Positions 62,132 to 64,000 of a stretch of DNA of 64,000 bases are shown piece by piece. This stretch comes from Amoebophrya sp. A120 (Eukaryota; Protista; Dinoflagellata). Numbering within the stretch: the stretch's first letter is position 1; each line of letters opens with the position of its first letter. The position numbers and the translations under genes were made by a program. The stretch covers positions 372,001 to 436,000 of the forward strand of contig CAJINV010000020.1 in assembly GCA_905178155.1 (NCBI GenBank), written 5' to 3'. The notes below the pieces were generated by a model. It saw only the letters and a program-made list of their open reading frames with translations, was not told where the DNA came from and ran no database searches.

Positions 62132-64000
62132 ATGGCGATGACCACGAAGCAACACAGCCGAAATGCGGCACTGAGGCAAGAGGTAACGCTATCTGCGGAG
62201 GAGGAAAAAAGGGCCAAGGAACTGTACTTTGTTTTCATGTTGATCGCAGTCCGTCATGTGCTTGATGTTTGTGTTTACCCTTCGAACGTAATGAATACGA
62301 GCACTGGGATATTGTTATCCCCCCATTGTTCCAATGGATTTGGTATTATCCGAAATGAAATACTCACTAGATTCGGCGTGTACGACTACGATAAATCAGA
62401 CAGCGTATCACCTGCAAGTGAGCGTCAGGGAATCGGAAGAACTTTTCCTTTAAAAATTTGTCCTCTTGCTACTTGTTTTACTATGCATGGGCATGGGAAA
62501 TGAGTTCGTGCCATGGACTCATTTTCTTTGTTTAAGCTAAGCTTTGTGTGCGTATTCTGTTCTTCCCATGGAACGGTGACGCCTATTTGCATTGCATACA
62601 CTATCTCACCGGATGAGATGCGCGATCTTCTCACCGAGTTGGGCTTCAACATCGCAGACGAGTCCATCACACTCGTAATATCACAATACGGTACATCTTT
62701 TGTTGGACATTTCAGCTGAGGACTTTTTTGCTTTTCAAGAACTCGGAACAAATACCAGTATTGCAGCGCAATTTCACCAGCCAAGTGTGGACATCAGAGT
62801 AGAAACTCAGTTTTCTAGAACGATGTTGATGCTAGTGCTGTTTTGTCTATAGCGATGTCAAAGATCTTGATCTTCACTGACCGACAACAGCTGCGGATCC
62901 TAACAAAGTGACTTTTGCGGAGTTCAAGGGAATATACGTGGAATTCCTCGCCCAAATGCCGTCCGCGCTGAGGAAAAAGAACATGGCCGGAGCCTGCCGA
63001 CCATGCGTAAAAATACAATTAATTGGCTACCACGCTTTTTGTTTGCGAACGTTCTTGTATGGATCAACGCCAGGCTTTTACCGGTCGTGAAACTAGCGAT
63101 TTTTTTTTGCCATGATTCGGAGGGTTTGATGGCATCTCATCTGTTTTTGAAAAATCTATCAGCATCAAGACGTATACTTCACGGAAGCGAGTTACCGATC
63201 CGCGTTATCAAATTGATGCAAATGTGTCAATATCTACTTGGCTAGGGTAAAAAAAAAACCTCACTTAGTGGCTGCAGAATCAAAAACAGGCCGTGAAGCA
63301 GCTGCACCCATGCTAAGGCGCTGCATTGTGACATCATTGCATATTTATGTAATTTATTAGTATCTTCTGCATGTAGTTAGATGCTTCCCTAAAAAGAGCA
63401 GAAGATCTTCGAAGTAGTAGTGGTGCAACTTGTTCGGTGGAGAGCACGAGTATCTTGCATTTTTCCCGAGGCATCAAGTCAGAAACGACACTTGCAGAAC
63501 AAGTCCATAACTCTTCAAGGCGTACGACTTCGATGCAAGCGGCACGCTGGAACGATCGGAACTGAGTGCGTTGCTGTTCGATCTCGGTATTGATTGACGT
63601 TTATCCCATCAGTTTTGATGCAGCATATCGTAATGTTTTTGTTTATGTTTTTGAATACTATCCAGAGAACCGAAGCGTGACTACCTAAATCGCAAAAGGT
63701 GTACACATCCACTTTTTCCGAATTATATACCAGGTATGCCAGACGTTTACGGAGACAATTACAGCACGCTAATGGACGAGGCTTTCTCTGTGGTGGACTG
63801 GGATCACTCAGAATCGCTGGACTTCCAATATAACCCGCTCAGGTGTTACAATCTCAAACGTTACAATAGAACATAGAAATCTGTGATGCAAGAGTGCATG
63901 ATCTAGCCAACTCTCATAGGATTGTGCATGACAAGTTCCGGAGCCCCAAACATCACTACAATCTGGCGAAATTTGTATTGCAAAAGGTGGAACGCTGTGC
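62132..64000 (+). CDS. Multi-EF-hand calcium-binding protein, runs off the window end
   Basis: FGVYDYDKSD(S)ISPDEMRDLL, FKAYDFDASGTLERSELSALL, FSVVDWDHSESLDF. Confidence 0.75.
62406..62598. mobile_element. Degenerate introner inside an EF-hand loop
   Basis: tatcacctgcaagtgagcgtca vs reverse complement tatgcaatgcaaataggcgtca; eroded TSD CAGCG/CACTA. Confidence 0.7.
63829..64000. mobile_element. Probable introner, truncated by the window end
   Basis: Begins with TAT directly after coding SLDFQ; contains gtgatgc and gcatgacaa motifs. Confidence 0.55.

Overview
Eukaryotic, gene-dense window. All ~19 credible genes lie on the + strand. Most of them are broken by short (143-330 bp) TIR elements with TAT...ATA termini and a 5-bp target-site duplication (TSD). 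I delimited 32 complete elements by eye (26 with a perfect 5-bp TSD) in at least 8 TIR families. 30 of them sit inside coding sequence, and in each case removing the element plus one TSD copy restores the reading frame, and where a domain is recognisable, the domain (PX, CCP5, TMEM151, Cwf18, FkbM-like, EF-hand). They therefore behave as transposon-derived, mostly non-GT-AG introns (introners), and they work in either orientation. This matches the non-canonical introner elements reported for the parasitic dinoflagellate Amoebophrya (Syndiniales); the organism assignment is inference. Additional observations: a probable common splice register (N|TAT...ATA-NNNN), a motif shared across families, a 975-bp intergenic TIR element of the same type, a nested insertion with an 18-bp TSD, a cryptic in-frame element, a Hedgehog-type Hog autoprocessing protein, and a TMEM151-RING fusion. 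All gene models are manual reconstructions without transcript data.
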